This document shows, one piece after another, positions 1 to 12,479 of a stretch of 64,000 nucleotides of DNA; position 1 is the first letter of the stretch, and each line of letters opens with the position of its first letter. Source of the DNA: Octopus sinensis (Eukaryota). Where the stretch lies: assembly GCF_006345805.1 (NCBI RefSeq), contig NC_042998.1:194122001-194186000 (forward strand), in the 5' to 3' direction. The translations under genes and the position numbers were made by a program. The notes under the pieces are model-generated. The model saw only the letters and a list, made by a program, of their open reading frames with translations, was not told where the DNA came from and searched no databases.

Positions 1-43
1 TGCCACGTTCATTCTGCTATCAATCAACATTGTTGGTTGCAGT

Positions 44-437
44 ACTCTTTTACTTGTTTCAGTCATTTGACTGCGGCCATGCTGGAGCACCGCCTTTAAT
101 CGAGCAACTCGACCCCGGAACTTATTCTTATTGTAAGCCCAGTACTTATTCTATCGGTCTCTTTTGCCGAACCGCTAAGTAACGGGGACATAAACACACC
201 AGCATCGGTTGTCAAGCAATGCTAGAGGGACAAACACAGACACACAAACACACACACATACATATACATATATACGACAGGCTTCTTTCAGTTTCCGTCT
301 ACCAAATCCACTCACAAGGCTTTGGTCAGCCCGAGGCTATAGCAGAAGACACTCACCCAAGGTGCCACGCAGTGGGACTGAACCCGGAACCATGTGGGTG
401 GTAGACAAGCTACTTACCACACAGCCACTCCTGCGCC
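44..437 (-). mobile_element. tRNA-derived SINE, family A, full length
   Basis: Reverse complement starts GGCGCAGGAGTGGCTGTGTGGTAAG with a B-box-like GGTTCAGTCCC, has an internal (CA)/(TA) tract, and ends CAGTCAAATGACTGAAACAAGTAAAAGAGT. Homologous copies at 28737, 29656, 38480 and 44425. Confidence 0.9.
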
Positions 438-1119
438 AGTGTTTAAAATAATTGTCCTTTTAATTCTCCGTGTCATTTATTCTGAATTTAAAATTTTGAA
501 ACAATTGAGCATATTCACATTAGATTAAACAATATATTTGCATGTGTGTTTTCGGTGAAAATAAGTATTGTTTGGAGTTTGTTGGTTTGTAGCGGATGTC
601 GGATTCGATGTCTATGTTTTTCCTTGATGATTAAAATAACTAGGAAGGGTGTTTGATTTTATTAAAGACAAACTGTTGTTTATGTTACTAACTCGAGCTT
701 AGAAACTGTTAAGTTGTTCAAAACTGTGATTCCACAGCGTGAGGTGGGCTTTTAAGTAACGTTTCTAATGGCTTAACAGACACTTGTGTAAACTAACGCC
801 GTACTTTAATTTAGATAGTAAATATATTTTTACTTCTAGGTATGGCAGGGCCGTGGCCAATTAGACGACTGAGAACGAAAGTTCTGCAAAGGAATAGCAT
901 GGTATTCTTTTTCTGCTTCTGAATGATCTCAGAATCCAGTCAGCCACTTGCCTGCACAGTGTTGCACATAAAATGTTGCATCATTATTCATGTGGATTCC
1001 CATGTCACGCACCGACTCTGACCCAGGGATTGCATTACAACTTGGTTCAGTGTATTCCAACTGTAGTCTGTTTATGTGCTACATGACCTGGGCCAATACT
1101 GGCCGAAACTTATCAAAGT

Positions 1120-1129
1120 AATATATAAT

Positions 1130-1207
<78 letters not shown>

Positions 1208-1665
1208 CAGACAGATTGATAGATAGATATACATATATGTATGTGTATATATATATATATATATAACCTTCAACAATATAAGGAATGGCCATATAGGACA
1301 TTCGACTCACTAGAAAGAGCAGCCAAAACTCAAACCGCTAAATAGTTGTAATTCTGAAATAGAAGGAGAAATAAAAACGTTTACCCCTTTCATCTCTGGA
1401 CTATGCATAGTTCGGCAAAACTTTGGCAAATGAATTAATTAAATTAAATTAAATTCATTTACATCTGGCGTGCCTCGTCAGCAGAGAGCCTAGGACGAGT
1501 ATATGTCCACGAGGCTATGGTAAACAAGCCTCCAGTCACATATGCCTAAATTTTCAATCTTACCGCAATCGCGCAGTCTACTCAGCAGCAAATATAAACT
1601 GCTGAATTAATTTCAAAATTAGCCAAAAAATCATTAATAATAAATATAAGGTAGTAATAAAAAAC

Positions 1666-1697
<32 letters not shown>

Positions 1698-1745
1698 ATA
1701 TATATAATATATATATATATATATATTATATTATATATATATATG

Positions 1746-1819
<74 letters not shown>

Positions 1820-1834
1820 TATATATATATAATA

Positions 1835-1870
<36 letters not shown>

Positions 1871-1931
1871 TATATATATATATATACATAATATATATAT
1901 ATATATACATATGTATATAGTTTTTATTATA

Positions 1932-1980
<49 letters not shown>

Positions 1981-2002
1981 AGAGAGAGAGAGAGAGAGAG
2001 AG

Positions 2003-2060
<58 letters not shown>

Positions 2061-2097
2061 GGAGAAAGAGGGAGAGAGGAGGAGAGAGAAGGCGATG

Positions 2098-2141
<44 letters not shown>
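1120..2141. repeat. Compound (TA)n/(GA)n/(GATA)n microsatellite blocks
   Basis: Directly visible tracts at ~1120-1262 and ~1665-2141. Confidence 0.95.
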
Positions 2142-2142
<1 letters not shown>

Positions 2143-2646
2143 CTAGCAGTATCGCCCGGCGTTGCTCGGGTTTGTAAGGGAAATAACTATATAAGCATTT
2201 TTAGAGAGTTACTTCCCTTATAAATTCGGGCTTTCTTAGCCATTTTTATTTGGTGTCTTCAAGCCATGAAGTCGTTGTTCTCAAAGAACGCTGGTTTCCT
2301 TCACAACGCATTACGACGTTGATTCTTTACACTCCCTTCCCCACAGCTTCACGAGGGAGAGAAGGGGGAGAAGCAAACAGGTGCAGCTGTGAGCGTGGAC
2401 GCCAACTCCGCCGCCATCGATATACGATGCATTTTATGCATTAAAATGGAATAAAAAATGATGTAAATTATTTTTAAAATCGTAGACTCATCGTTGACGC
2501 GCGCTAATAGTCAGACGGGCTCGATATGAATCACGACTATAAGATACCCGAATTTGGTTAAACTGCACCGCAAAATGTGGGAGGAGTTAGGAATCTAAAT
2601 CGAAGGGGACAGACACTCACACAACTAGAGTTTTATATATATAGAT
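2142..2646 (+). mobile_element. Non-autonomous Helitron/Helentron-type element (DINE-1/HINE-like)
   Basis: 5' end ACTAGCAGTATCGCCCGGCGTTGCTCGGG with a short hairpin, 3' end ACAGACACTCACACAACTAGAGTTTTATATATATAGAT. The same 5' 28 nt recur at 23616. Architecture resembles DINE-1/Lep1-type elements. Confidence 0.65.
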
Positions 2647-2656
2647 ATAATATATG

Positions 2657-2744
<88 letters not shown>

Positions 2745-3071
2745 TGATAAATCCTGGAGTTACCTTTCAGAAGAAGATGGCTTGGTTAATTAGAATAAAG
2801 ACCTCAAAGTGTTGGTGCTGAGTGTCAATGTTTTTTTTTAAAGACAAAGCGTCCAACATATGGCATTATGTTTTGTCCAAAGACGCATTCGAAATTTTGA
2901 AGTCTTTAGACGAAACATAATATTAAGGAAATTTATTCTGAGAAGAACGAAGCCATTTGTCATTTTCAAGAGAAGCTGGGTATTGCAAAAGTCAGAAAAT
3001 GCTAGTGAATGCTGCTATGCGGTCTCATGATTATCCAGCGTTAATAGAGATTTCAAATTTTGGCACAAAGC

Positions 3072-3957
3072 TATTCAATTCAATTCAATTCAATTTTTAT
3101 TGGCTCAAAAAGCAAGCCCATGTAGGGGGACAGGGAGTTATGTACAGGGAGGGTGGTCATGCAAAGAGTTCAGGCCATTTCTGGTCAAGAGAGACTTTGA
3201 ACCGAGCGGTCGTCGGCATCTTCACTATCTCGTCCGGCAGTTTATTCCACGGATCCGCAACCCGGACGGAGAAAGCCCCTCTCCTTCGATTGAAATGAAA
3301 TCGTCGCAGATAGAGCTTTTCGGAGTCACCCCGCAGCCGACGCTCAGGAGCAGGAGTGAAGAACAGCTCTTTCGAGAGGTTACACTTTCCGCTTATGATG
3401 TTGTGAGCAAGAATGAGATCTCCACGGCGTCGTCGTTTTTCGAGAGAATAAAGGTCGAGTGTCTTCAGCCTTTCTTCATAAGACAAATGCTTGAGACCAA
3501 GAACCATGCGGGTAGCCAGCTTCTGGACTCTTTCGAGATGATGTATGTCTTTGAGGAGATAAGGAGAAGAGGCTTGAATCCCGTACTCCAATATGGGTCT
3601 CACCAGCGTGACATAGAGCGGTAGGAATATGGCTGCTGTGAGCATTCCGAATGACCGTCGAATCAAAAACAGAACTCCGCGTGTTTTGTTGGCAGCATGG
3701 ACGCATTGGGCTGAAGGCGAAAAGGAAGAATCCACCAAGATACCCAGGTCCTTTACTTGGTCGGTCTTCTCCAGCAGCAGACGACCCGGCTCGAAATCAA
3801 GTTGAGTTGCAGGAGAGGAGCCAACAGGCAGATGACAGCACTTTGACACGTTCAGACACAGGTCCCATTCGTTTGACCATCTCCAAACTTGATGGAGGCA
3901 TCGACGAAGATCATCTATATCACTGCGAGGAGCGACCAGTTTGACATCGTCGGCAAA
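3072..3957 (-). mobile_element. 5'-truncated CR1-clade LINE (RT C-terminal half and 3' tail)
   Basis: FADDVKLV at the 5' edge. ORF 3157-3849 contains VKDLGILVD, LVRPILEY, LERVQKLATR, LEKRRRRGDLI and WNKLP, typical of CR1 ORF2. (GAATT)n tail. Confidence 0.93.
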
Positions 3958-3974
3958 TAGAAGCTATCAAATTC

Positions 3975-4157
3975 GAGGGGAGAGGGCAAGTGGATTACAT
4001 TGACTCTAGTTTTCGACAGGTGTTCTTTTTTAACGACCCCGAAAGGATAAAGAACAAAGTCGACCTCGGCAGAATTTGAATTTAGAACGTGAATTCGAAC
4101 GAAATGCCGCTAGGCATTTTGCCCGGCGTGCTAACGATTCCACCAGCTCGCCACCTT
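3975..4157 (-). mobile_element. SINE family B, diverged/partial
   Basis: Matches the head AAGGCGGCGAGCTGG...GGTCGACTTTG..TTTATCCTTTCGGGGTCG seen at 14657, 27305 and 28033. Confidence 0.8.
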
Positions 4158-4530
4158 GCCCAGCATTGATATTGATAAACCATGGTAATCTTCTGATTTA
4201 CACTTGTTCTTTTAAATGGCTTCGCAGTTTCGCCATAACACATGCTATGCGACGGAGAGCAGTGACCAAATGTTTTTATTAATGTGCACCCCTACGTATG
4301 TACCCTTCCATTAGCACGTTGTTTAAATATGCCGTTGTGAGGAATCATGAACAGACAGCGGATTCTCACGTAAATCAATCTTTCTGATACGCGTCAAAGA
4401 GTTATGGAAAGGTTGAAAGAGGAAGACCAAGAAGACAAAAGGAAGAGGAAAGAAAGACAAGTGGAAAATGGAAGAGGAGGAGGGGGAGGGGAAGGCCAGG
4501 AGAAGGAGGAGGAGAAGAAGAGGAAGAGGA

Positions 4531-4683
4531 ATAATAATAATAATAATAACAACAACAACAGCAACAACAACGATAATAATAATAGTAATAATAATGATAA
4601 TAATAATAATATAGTAATAATAATAATAATAATATATAATAATGATAATAATAATAATGATAATAATAATAGTAAAAATAATA

Positions 4684-4744
<61 letters not shown>

Positions 4745-4856
4745 TATTAATAATAATGATAATAATAATAATAAAATAATGATAATAATAATAATAGTAA
4801 TAATAATAATAATGATAATGATAATAATAATAATAATAGTAATAATAATAATAATG

Positions 4857-4915
<59 letters not shown>
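4531..4915. repeat. Long imperfect (AAT)n microsatellite
   Basis: About 385 bp of AAT with GAT/AGT/AAC variants. Produces the spurious poly-N/I/Y ORFs. Confidence 0.97.
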
Positions 4916-4917
<2 letters not shown>

Positions 4918-5737
4918 AGTACTGTATGCATCATATTACATGTGACGACTACATTATAATCATATATGTACACACACACACACAAGTGTGTGTGTGTGTG
5001 TGAATGAGATATCGAAACACTTTACCTTTTCTTCTTAATCGCCGCTCCACCTGCGCCGCCGCCGTCCTTCTACATTCGAGAAAGAAGAAGAAGAAGAAGA
5101 AGAAGAAGAGTTCTGTAAGAAGAAGAGCGAGACCAGTTAATTCCGCTGGCGTCACAAATAGATATTTGTTTTGTCATTTCCTGTTTAGTTACTGATGTAT
5201 CTACGTGATCAGCTGACCCACTCCCGCCAACAAATCCGATCGACTGTCAACCCTTCTATCTAGAGGTTATCTGCAGATTTTATTGTCAAATGATATAGCA
5301 TGTAACCTCGAGTTTTTTCCTTCTTACAAGAAAGTTTCAAAAGAAACAAAAGCTACCGATAGATAGACTACTGAAACTTTGATACAGTAGCTTCTTTTTT
5401 TTTTTCTTATTGAGGGCTTCTTAATGTTTGTTTCCTTCGCCGAGAAGAAGCTTTTCCCTCCGATTGTGGGTAACCATAAATAAGGTAGGTTTTCAGTCGG
5501 CAGACGGTAACCTGGCCGTGAACCAAACATTATAGTTACGAAGTCAGACAACAAAAGATGTGTAAATAATTCTAGGGATCCAAAGAAAACAGAAAATCAG
5601 TATAAATAATAAACCTGTATGCGAAATCACAAAACACGCACGATTATATACATGCATACATACGTATATACGTATAGGCATGCACACAGACACACAAGCA
5701 CGCGCGCACACACACACACATACACACACACACACAC

Positions 5738-5775
<38 letters not shown>

Positions 5776-5940
5776 GAAAATGGAGGAAGAGATTCCTATC
5801 AACCATCGACTTACAGATATTACCAATTCATATTATATGTATATATATATATATACACACACAAACATCTATATGTCTGTCTGTCTGTCTATCTGTGTGT
5901 GTATATATATATATACATACATATATATATATATATCGAG

Positions 5941-6018
<78 letters not shown>

Positions 6019-6049
6019 CTAGATAGATAGATAGATAGATATTTGCAGA

Positions 6050-6960
6050 GAAGATATTTTTTCTCTTAAAAAGTTAAGATTGAGAAAAGAACCTTTTTAG
6101 AAAGTCGGAAGACACAAACCTTTGGAAGAGATCACACACCAATATTTAGACTTTAGATCTTTCCTTCCTTCCCATGCAAAAAGGAACATACCCTTTAATA
6201 TGGCAAGACGAATATGTACAATAGTTTCAGAGACAAATAGAAGAGAATGACAACTTGCAGAACTTGACTTGTTCCTTAAATAACAAAAATACCCCCACCA
6301 AACTGATAGACGAAGCGGTAACTGAAGCTAAAAATATCCCAATCTCTACACTAAGAAGAAAAAACGCTCATACTGAAGATAAACGGAAAAATGAACATAA
6401 AAATATCTCGTTTGTTATCACTCACGATCCCAAGAACCACAGTACTCTAGAAACAGCCAAAGCCTTCTACAAATTCAACACCAGTTCCTATGTCTTCGAC
6501 AAACAATCAAGGAACAACAAATAATCAACAGCCGAAGGCAACCATCAAACCTTAAGAAACTTCTAACCAAAGCAAGATTCACATCAGAGGAAGAAATGAT
6601 GCAAGTAACCAAATATGAAGACTCCCGATGTGGGACATGTGATTTGATAGAACAGGGACTAGCCAAAAAAAAATTCGAGAATGGAAAAGAATTAAAAGTG
6701 AATGCAAATATGAACTGCAAAAGCAAAAACCTGATGTATTGTATCACATACCCACGATGCAACGAACGTTATATCGGGGAAACGAAAACGAAATTAATTA
6801 ACTGTCGTGTAAATGTGCATAGACCATAGACATCAAATAAAAACATCCCGCACTTAGATGCATACCATCCAGCGATCATTTGGACACCTGTGAACAAGGA
6901 AAATTTAGAATTTTCCCTTTTCATAAAATAAATGAAGAGATCCTTAACCCGGCATCCGAA
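6050..6960 (+). mobile_element. Decayed Penelope-like element: RT thumb plus GIY-YIG endonuclease
   Basis: HQYLDF...KRNIPFNMARRICTIVSE, then CGTCDLI and NMNCKSKNLMYCITYPRCNERYIGETK. Frameshifted. Confidence 0.88.
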
Positions 6961-6977
6961 ACTCTAATTGTCACTCA

Positions 6978-7026
<49 letters not shown>

Positions 7027-7179
7027 GAGAGGTATTGGTATCCAGAAGACCCAAGGTGGCAAGTAAGTCTATGTAAGTGCTATGGAAGGACCGTAGTTAA
7101 ACTCTCGGTTCGATAATGACACGAGTGAGGAGTCTAATGCGGGTCTTGTATGATCATGTATATGTTAAACAAAATGAAA

Positions 7180-8040
7180 CAACAAGGCCAAAGCCAAGGC
7201 TGTGTGGAATCTTCAGGACATTTATAAAGAGAAAAATAGTCTTACAGCTGTTTCTGGGATATTAGGGATATCCCTTCATCAGAGACGATGTCAGATGGTT
7301 AAATAGAGGGAAATATGAGAGTTCAACATAAGAAGTTATTTTGGAAATGGATGGAAATGAGGAGTATAGAGGGAAATAGGAGAATGAAAGTAGGAAAAAT
7401 ATATAAATATGTTATAGTTGCAGTTCTATTGTCCAAGGGAAGTGGTGTGTAGAAGTGGTAGAAATGCTTCATGTCCATGGTGTGTAAATTCCAATAGGAG
7501 TTCATATTTTGTCATCACAAATGGAAAGTGTGGAGAGTGCTGTTCATTCGAAGGGGTCTTGTGGTGTAAATTGAAATTTGAGAATGTAGTGGTAGTATTA
7601 AGTGGATAGAGAGGGAGAAGATATGTATATGTTAAAATGAGGAGAAGGGTCAAAAGGAGAAGGTGAGGAAAGAAGGAAAGTAAGAAGAGAAAATGGAAAC
7701 AAGAAGAGAAAATGTGAAAAAAAATTTTTAAGTGAAAAAGTGAAAGAAATTGAAAAAAGGTGTGTTAGCTGGTGGTCAAGATATTATGAAGAGGGATGGG
7801 AGAGGAGTAGGGGAGGGATAGGGAGAGACAAAATGTAAGGAATGGATATGTGTGAGGAGTATGAGGAGGGGTTATATGTTAGAATGACACTAAGGGATGG
7901 GTACAGAAAAAGGTATAGAGGAGTGGGGATTCTAAAGAGAATAGTAAACCTCAAAACGGAAGGGAAGAATACTAAGATACAATGGTCATATTTCTATAAA
8001 TAGACATATGTGTATATTGTACTGGCGAATTTGATAGTCT
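7180..8040 (-). mobile_element. Penelope-like element 3' region / pseudo-LTR
   Basis: Low-complexity pyrimidine-rich 3' region ending in a hammerhead motif. The same motif context follows a GIY-YIG C-terminus at 41400-41900. Confidence 0.6.
7239..7286 (-). ncRNA. Minimal type-I hammerhead ribozyme motif, canonical core
   Basis: Minus strand reads gtct CTGATGA a GGGATAT-cccta-ATATCCC a GAAA cagctg TA agac: stem I 4 bp, stem II 7 bp, palindromic stem III, GUA triplet. Confidence 0.85.
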
Positions 8041-8049
8041 GGATTGAGG

Positions 8050-8510
8050 AATCAGAGAGAAACATAGACTAATCTACCGCATCTCTAACCTCTCCTCTGA
8101 CAGTACTACCTCCTCCACTCCTGAGAATAATCCCCACAATGTAACTGCCGTCCTGGGACCATCTGCCCTCTACAAACCCATTGCAGAAGCTCTGGCGTAA
8201 TTTATAAATGCATCGTCCTCAACACGTTACTCACTTTTACAACCATATATATAGGATCAACTATAAATTTTAAACAGCGATATGCCGCGCATCTTAATTC
8301 TTTTAGATACGGGAAACACAGTAAATCCACAACCCGCGCCAGTCACATCTCAAAAATAGAAATATTCCATATATCTTGTCATGGTCCATAATAGACCCAG
8401 AGCTTCCATACCAAGGTCAACGCTCAGCCTGGAAGTTATGCCTAAAAGAGGCATTCTACATATTAAAACACAACTCTTCAATACTACTAAATAAATACAA
8501 TTAGGCCCTA
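8050..8510 (+). mobile_element. Decayed PLE GIY-YIG endonuclease fragment (second family)
   Basis: GVIYKCIV...IYIGSTINFKQRYAAHLNSFRYGKHSKSTT, followed by a W.LCLKEAFYIL...LLNK-like segment. Confidence 0.75.
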
Positions 8511-9139
8511 GGTACATGCAACCACCGCTGTTTTCATACCTTCAAATTTTCTAGTGTATATATTGTGTGTGTGTATGTGCGAGTGCGTGCGTGTGTGTGT
8601 GTATGTGCGTGTGTGTATGTAAGTAGATTTATCATTATATGACCTTTTATTTTAGTACACAAACGCATGTATGAGGGTTTATGATATATTTCCCTGCTGT
8701 AGATTCGTATTATCTTTTGATGAGTTTTTGACGGGAACTCTGTTGTTCAGCTATTTATAGATTAAAAATAAAATAAAATAACTTTATCCTTTACGAGGTA
8801 GAGTATGATATCAAATTTTCATCCCCTATGATAACTTTTCGCTTCCCTCCCCGTTCCAGTCACCTAAATGATTCTCCTTTATAAACTCCAGACTTAAGAA
8901 ATTAAATCACTCTCTGACCGAAGTTCGGCAAAGAGTCATGCAATGGCACATACTTGGATTTTTTAAACTGCTTTGAAATATATAATTCGTGCATATATTC
9001 ACCTGATGAAAAATTTATTTCGCATGATGCAATAATTCTATTCATCAATAAAAAAGCACGTCTGAAACAGCTGTAATGAGTGAACCACATCCCATCCGTT
9101 GTTATTTGTTTATTTTTCACCTTACTCAGAACCTGCAAT

Positions 9140-10175
9140 TAGCGTGGATCTGGAGTCTACTGAGTGCAGTACAATTGGTGCAACAATGTCGTAGAGAATG
9201 GGTAGACATCTAGGAGAAAGCGACCTGTTTCCAGAAGAACAAAAGGAATGCTGCAAAAATTCATGGCTGTAAAGATCAGTTATTGATCAATAAAATCATA
9301 ACTGAAGACAACCGAACGAAAAAGAAGGATCTAAATATGGCTTCGATCGATTACCGAAAGGCTTTTGACTGTATCCCCCACACATAGATCTTGGAAACAC
9401 TAGTTATGGACATGAGAGCACCACCTATAGTAAAACATATTAAACATGCCATGAATAAATAGCAATAAAGTTCTGCAGCTCCAAACGAAAGAGGGACTCA
9501 TAAGAACTAAAGCCATCCTCATGAGAAGAGGAATAATCCAAGGAGACTCTCCACTCCTTTTCTGTCTGGCACTGATGCCTTTAACTGACTCGCTAAACAG
9601 AACTGGTTGTGGATAAAACTGTTACGGAAAAATAATCAACCATCTCTTGTAAATGGTTGATCCAAAACTGTATGATGCAAATGATAAACAGCTAAAAACA
9701 TTACTACAGACAGTGCATGGATTTACTAAAACAAATAAACATGAAATTCGGCTTAGAAAATATACCAAAACAACCTTAAAAAGAGAGGAAAGCTAGTTAA
9801 GAGTAACAATGTCACACTAGATAAAGAGAATAAAACAAGTTATAAACTATGACTTAATTTTTCCTCTCACACCGTCTCCGATGAAGGGATATTGTTATTA
9901 ATTAATATCCTAGAAACAGCTGTAAGACCTTCTATCTATAAATGCTCTAATATCTATACAGCCTTGTTTTTTTTATTTCATTACGCAAAAAATTCATAGA
10001 AACCCAGATATAGAAATACTTAGGAATCAATGAACTAGATAGGCTCAACACACACAAATAAAAGAGAAGATAAGGAAGGAATACAGTAGACGAGTTAGAT
10101 TAATACTTAAGACAGAGCTCAACGTGAAAAACAAAATAATAGGTATTAATACTTTAGGTGTCCCAGTTAAAAGTT
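9140..10175 (+). mobile_element. Decayed R4/Dong-like LINE RT fragment, interrupted near 9840-9990
   Basis: FPEEQK..C, GCKDQLLINKII, IDYRKAFD.IPH, IRRGIIQGDS, and after the interruption RRVRLILKTELNVKNKIIGINTL.VPV. Contains stops and frameshifts. Confidence 0.8.
9874..9928 (+). ncRNA. Hammerhead motif, U4C core variant, in a PLE pseudo-LTR piece
   Basis: gtct CCGATGA a GGGATATT...AATATCCT a GAAA cagctg TA agac. Same family as 7239. Confidence 0.75.
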
Positions 10176-10329
10176 ATATTTACACTTTTTTATAGTTCTT
10201 ATTGAGCTCTTTTCTAATGAATTCGAGATATGTGTTTGGTTCAAAGAAGTAAATATTACCTGTTTTGTCCACAATTACATGTAGTTTATCCCATTTTTGA
10301 ATCCGGTTGATAATATCTTTGAGTTACTG

Positions 10330-11150
10330 CTGAAATGGATTGCATTCTATTATAGAATTTGATATTTCCGATATTACTTAGGTTGCCTTTCTCAATCTAG
10401 TCAAGCAGACCTCGTAAGTTTATGTCTCCAAGATGAACTCTTCCCATATATTGGTGGAGATCTGTATCGAGACGACGCTCTCCTTACTGAAGTTAATCAT
10501 TCCACTCGTCCCCGCGAAACACTAGAGAAGAAACTACGCAAATTTTACCAAAATTTTAACCCAACTCCTGCGAAAAGAGCACTACTACAGTAAACTTTCT
10601 TGACTTAACTCTTGACTGAAGTTTAAAAACATTCCTCCCCTACTATAAACCCAACGAAAACTTACATTATATCTATAGATCCTCTTGTAATCCATTCTGT
10701 TTGGAATAAAATCACTAAAAATATGTCTAACTTTTCTGCTAAGCAAACTATCTTCCAAAACCATGCTGGATATCATAACCAAACCTTTAAAAGAAGTGTT
10801 TATGATGAAACAATATCCTATCACAATAACACCAAATTTAAAAGATCTTGTACGCTTATATTCCGCCAACTAGTGATAGTAATACTTTAGAAATTCTAGA
10901 TATAATCATGCCACCCATACATGTAACAACTACTAAATTATTCGATCGATTAATAGCTAAGATGAACGAGGAGCTCGCGGTGAACCCTTGAAACCCAAGC
11001 CTTCCACTAACAAACCAAACCCTAGGACTAGTCGTGCAATAACAAACAACAGCGAACCCAAGAAACACTAGATATGTTGATGCAACCCACTCTACGCTAA
11101 CAACATTAAAACTTCCATTCCCAAAGCCTTCTATAGTATACCGCAGCTTA
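10330..11150 (+). mobile_element. Decayed PLE reverse transcriptase fragment
   Basis: G.LYRDDAL catalytic motif at ~10455 and TVNFLDLTLD...LPYYKPNENLHYIY at ~10590. Frameshifted. Confidence 0.8.
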
Positions 11151-11192
11151 TTTAATAGAAAAAAGGAGTACTCAAATACCAGAGGTAGAGTA

Positions 11193-11421
11193 ATATGCTT
11201 TATTTAAAAACAGCAGAAATATAACAAAAGCTATTACTCAGAGTTTCATGTTCCCGTTCGTCGGACAGTTTTGTTAAAATGGAACAGAATATAACGATAT
11301 AATCAAAACTGTTTAGATTATATCGTTATATTCTGTTCCATTTTAACAAAACTGTCCGACGAACGGGAACGTGAGACTCTGAGTAATAGCTTTTGTTATA
11401 TTTCTGCTGTTTTTAAATAAA

Positions 11422-11427
<6 letters not shown>
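11193..11427. mobile_element. Foldback element (112-bp arms) carrying one hammerhead motif per arm
   Basis: Arms 11193-11304 and 11316-11427 differ at only 2 positions. Abuts a PLE RT fragment on one side and (TA)n on the other. Confidence 0.85.
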
Positions 11428-11504
<77 letters not shown>

Positions 11505-11749
11505 AACTTATAAACAAGGGCAAAAGAAAATTATTTCTATGCCAATATGCTGATAACAGACTTTTAAATCGTCAATTTCCACATATTATTATATACCCAC
11601 TACAGTAATATGTTGTGCTGAAATCGAGGAAAGCTAGCCAACAGAAGTTTTTAAAAAACTTCGTTGTTTCTATATTGAATCTACGATTCTATATTGAATC
11701 TACGAGATTAATTCCGAAATTGATTCAATATAGAAATAACGAACTTTTT

Positions 11750-12100
11750 AAATAAAGAAGATGATGCCAACACTCTTGGAGACAGCAATTTTGACTGGTA
11801 AAGCAAACGGTGAGCCTGTAGTCATTCCTAGAATTTCACTTATTCCCTCGGATATGCCTTTCCAGAACAAGCGCTTGAAATTCCTGTTGAAACTGAGCTT
11901 TGCAATGAGCATTAACAAGGCCCAGAGGCAGTCCTTGAACGTTATAAGTCTGAACATTGCAGAACCAGTTTTCTCCCATGGCCAACTTTATGTGAGATGC
12001 TCAAGAGTCGGCAGTCCTAATCATTTGTTTATTTATGCCGCCTTTTCAAGGAAAGACCAAAAATGTTGTTTATCAAGAAGCTCTGCAAACTTAATAAGAT
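11750..12100 (+). mobile_element. Helitron RepHel PIF1-like helicase C-terminal remnant
   Basis: IPRISLIPSDMPFQNKRLKF..KLSFAMSINKAQRQSL...VFSHGQLYV.CSRVG, the characteristic helicase end of Helitrons, with inactivating-looking substitutions. Confidence 0.9.
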
Positions 12101-12398
12101 TTGACAAATCATCAGGTATTTATTATTGACTATAATATTTGTAAGTGTTGTAAATATATTGATAATCTACATGTTATTTTATTTTAAAATCTATATGCAA
12201 AGCTTTGGTCGATCCGAGGCTATTATTGAAGACACTTGCTCAAGGTGCCACGCAGGGGAACTGAACCCGGAACCACACCTGCTGTCGGATGCTTTATGCT
12301 AAAATGTGAAAACATTGGAGTATAATTTTACTGTATCATATCTACATTACATTTCGGTTGGTTTGCTTTTCCGATCGTCATTAGATGTCATGTGTACA

Positions 12399-12475
12399 TG
12401 GACACAAGTTGGATTCGAACCAGGAGCCTCTATTGCTGAACCAAAGTTAGTAATGTCCTTATCCACCATGCGTCC
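12399..12475 (-). pseudogene. Degenerate tRNA-like sequence (Gln-UUG-like) or isolated SINE head
   Basis: GGACGCA/TGTGTCC 7-bp acceptor stem, TGGTG A-box start, CTTTG anticodon-loop-like segment and GGTTCGAATCC B-box. D, anticodon and T arms are imperfect. Confidence 0.45.
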
Positions 12476-12479
12476 CCAA

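Noticed and set aside
1075-1122. GGCCA-ATAC-TGGCC GAAA CTT-ATCA-AAG TA, resembling the 3' half of a hammerhead
   Set aside because: The upstream core reads ATGACCT, three changes from CUGANGA with no 3-8 pair, and stem I is unconvincing. At best a heavily decayed copy.
4323-5003. 199-aa and 220-aa ORFs
   Set aside because: Both are translations of the (AAT)n microsatellite and an adjacent purine tract.
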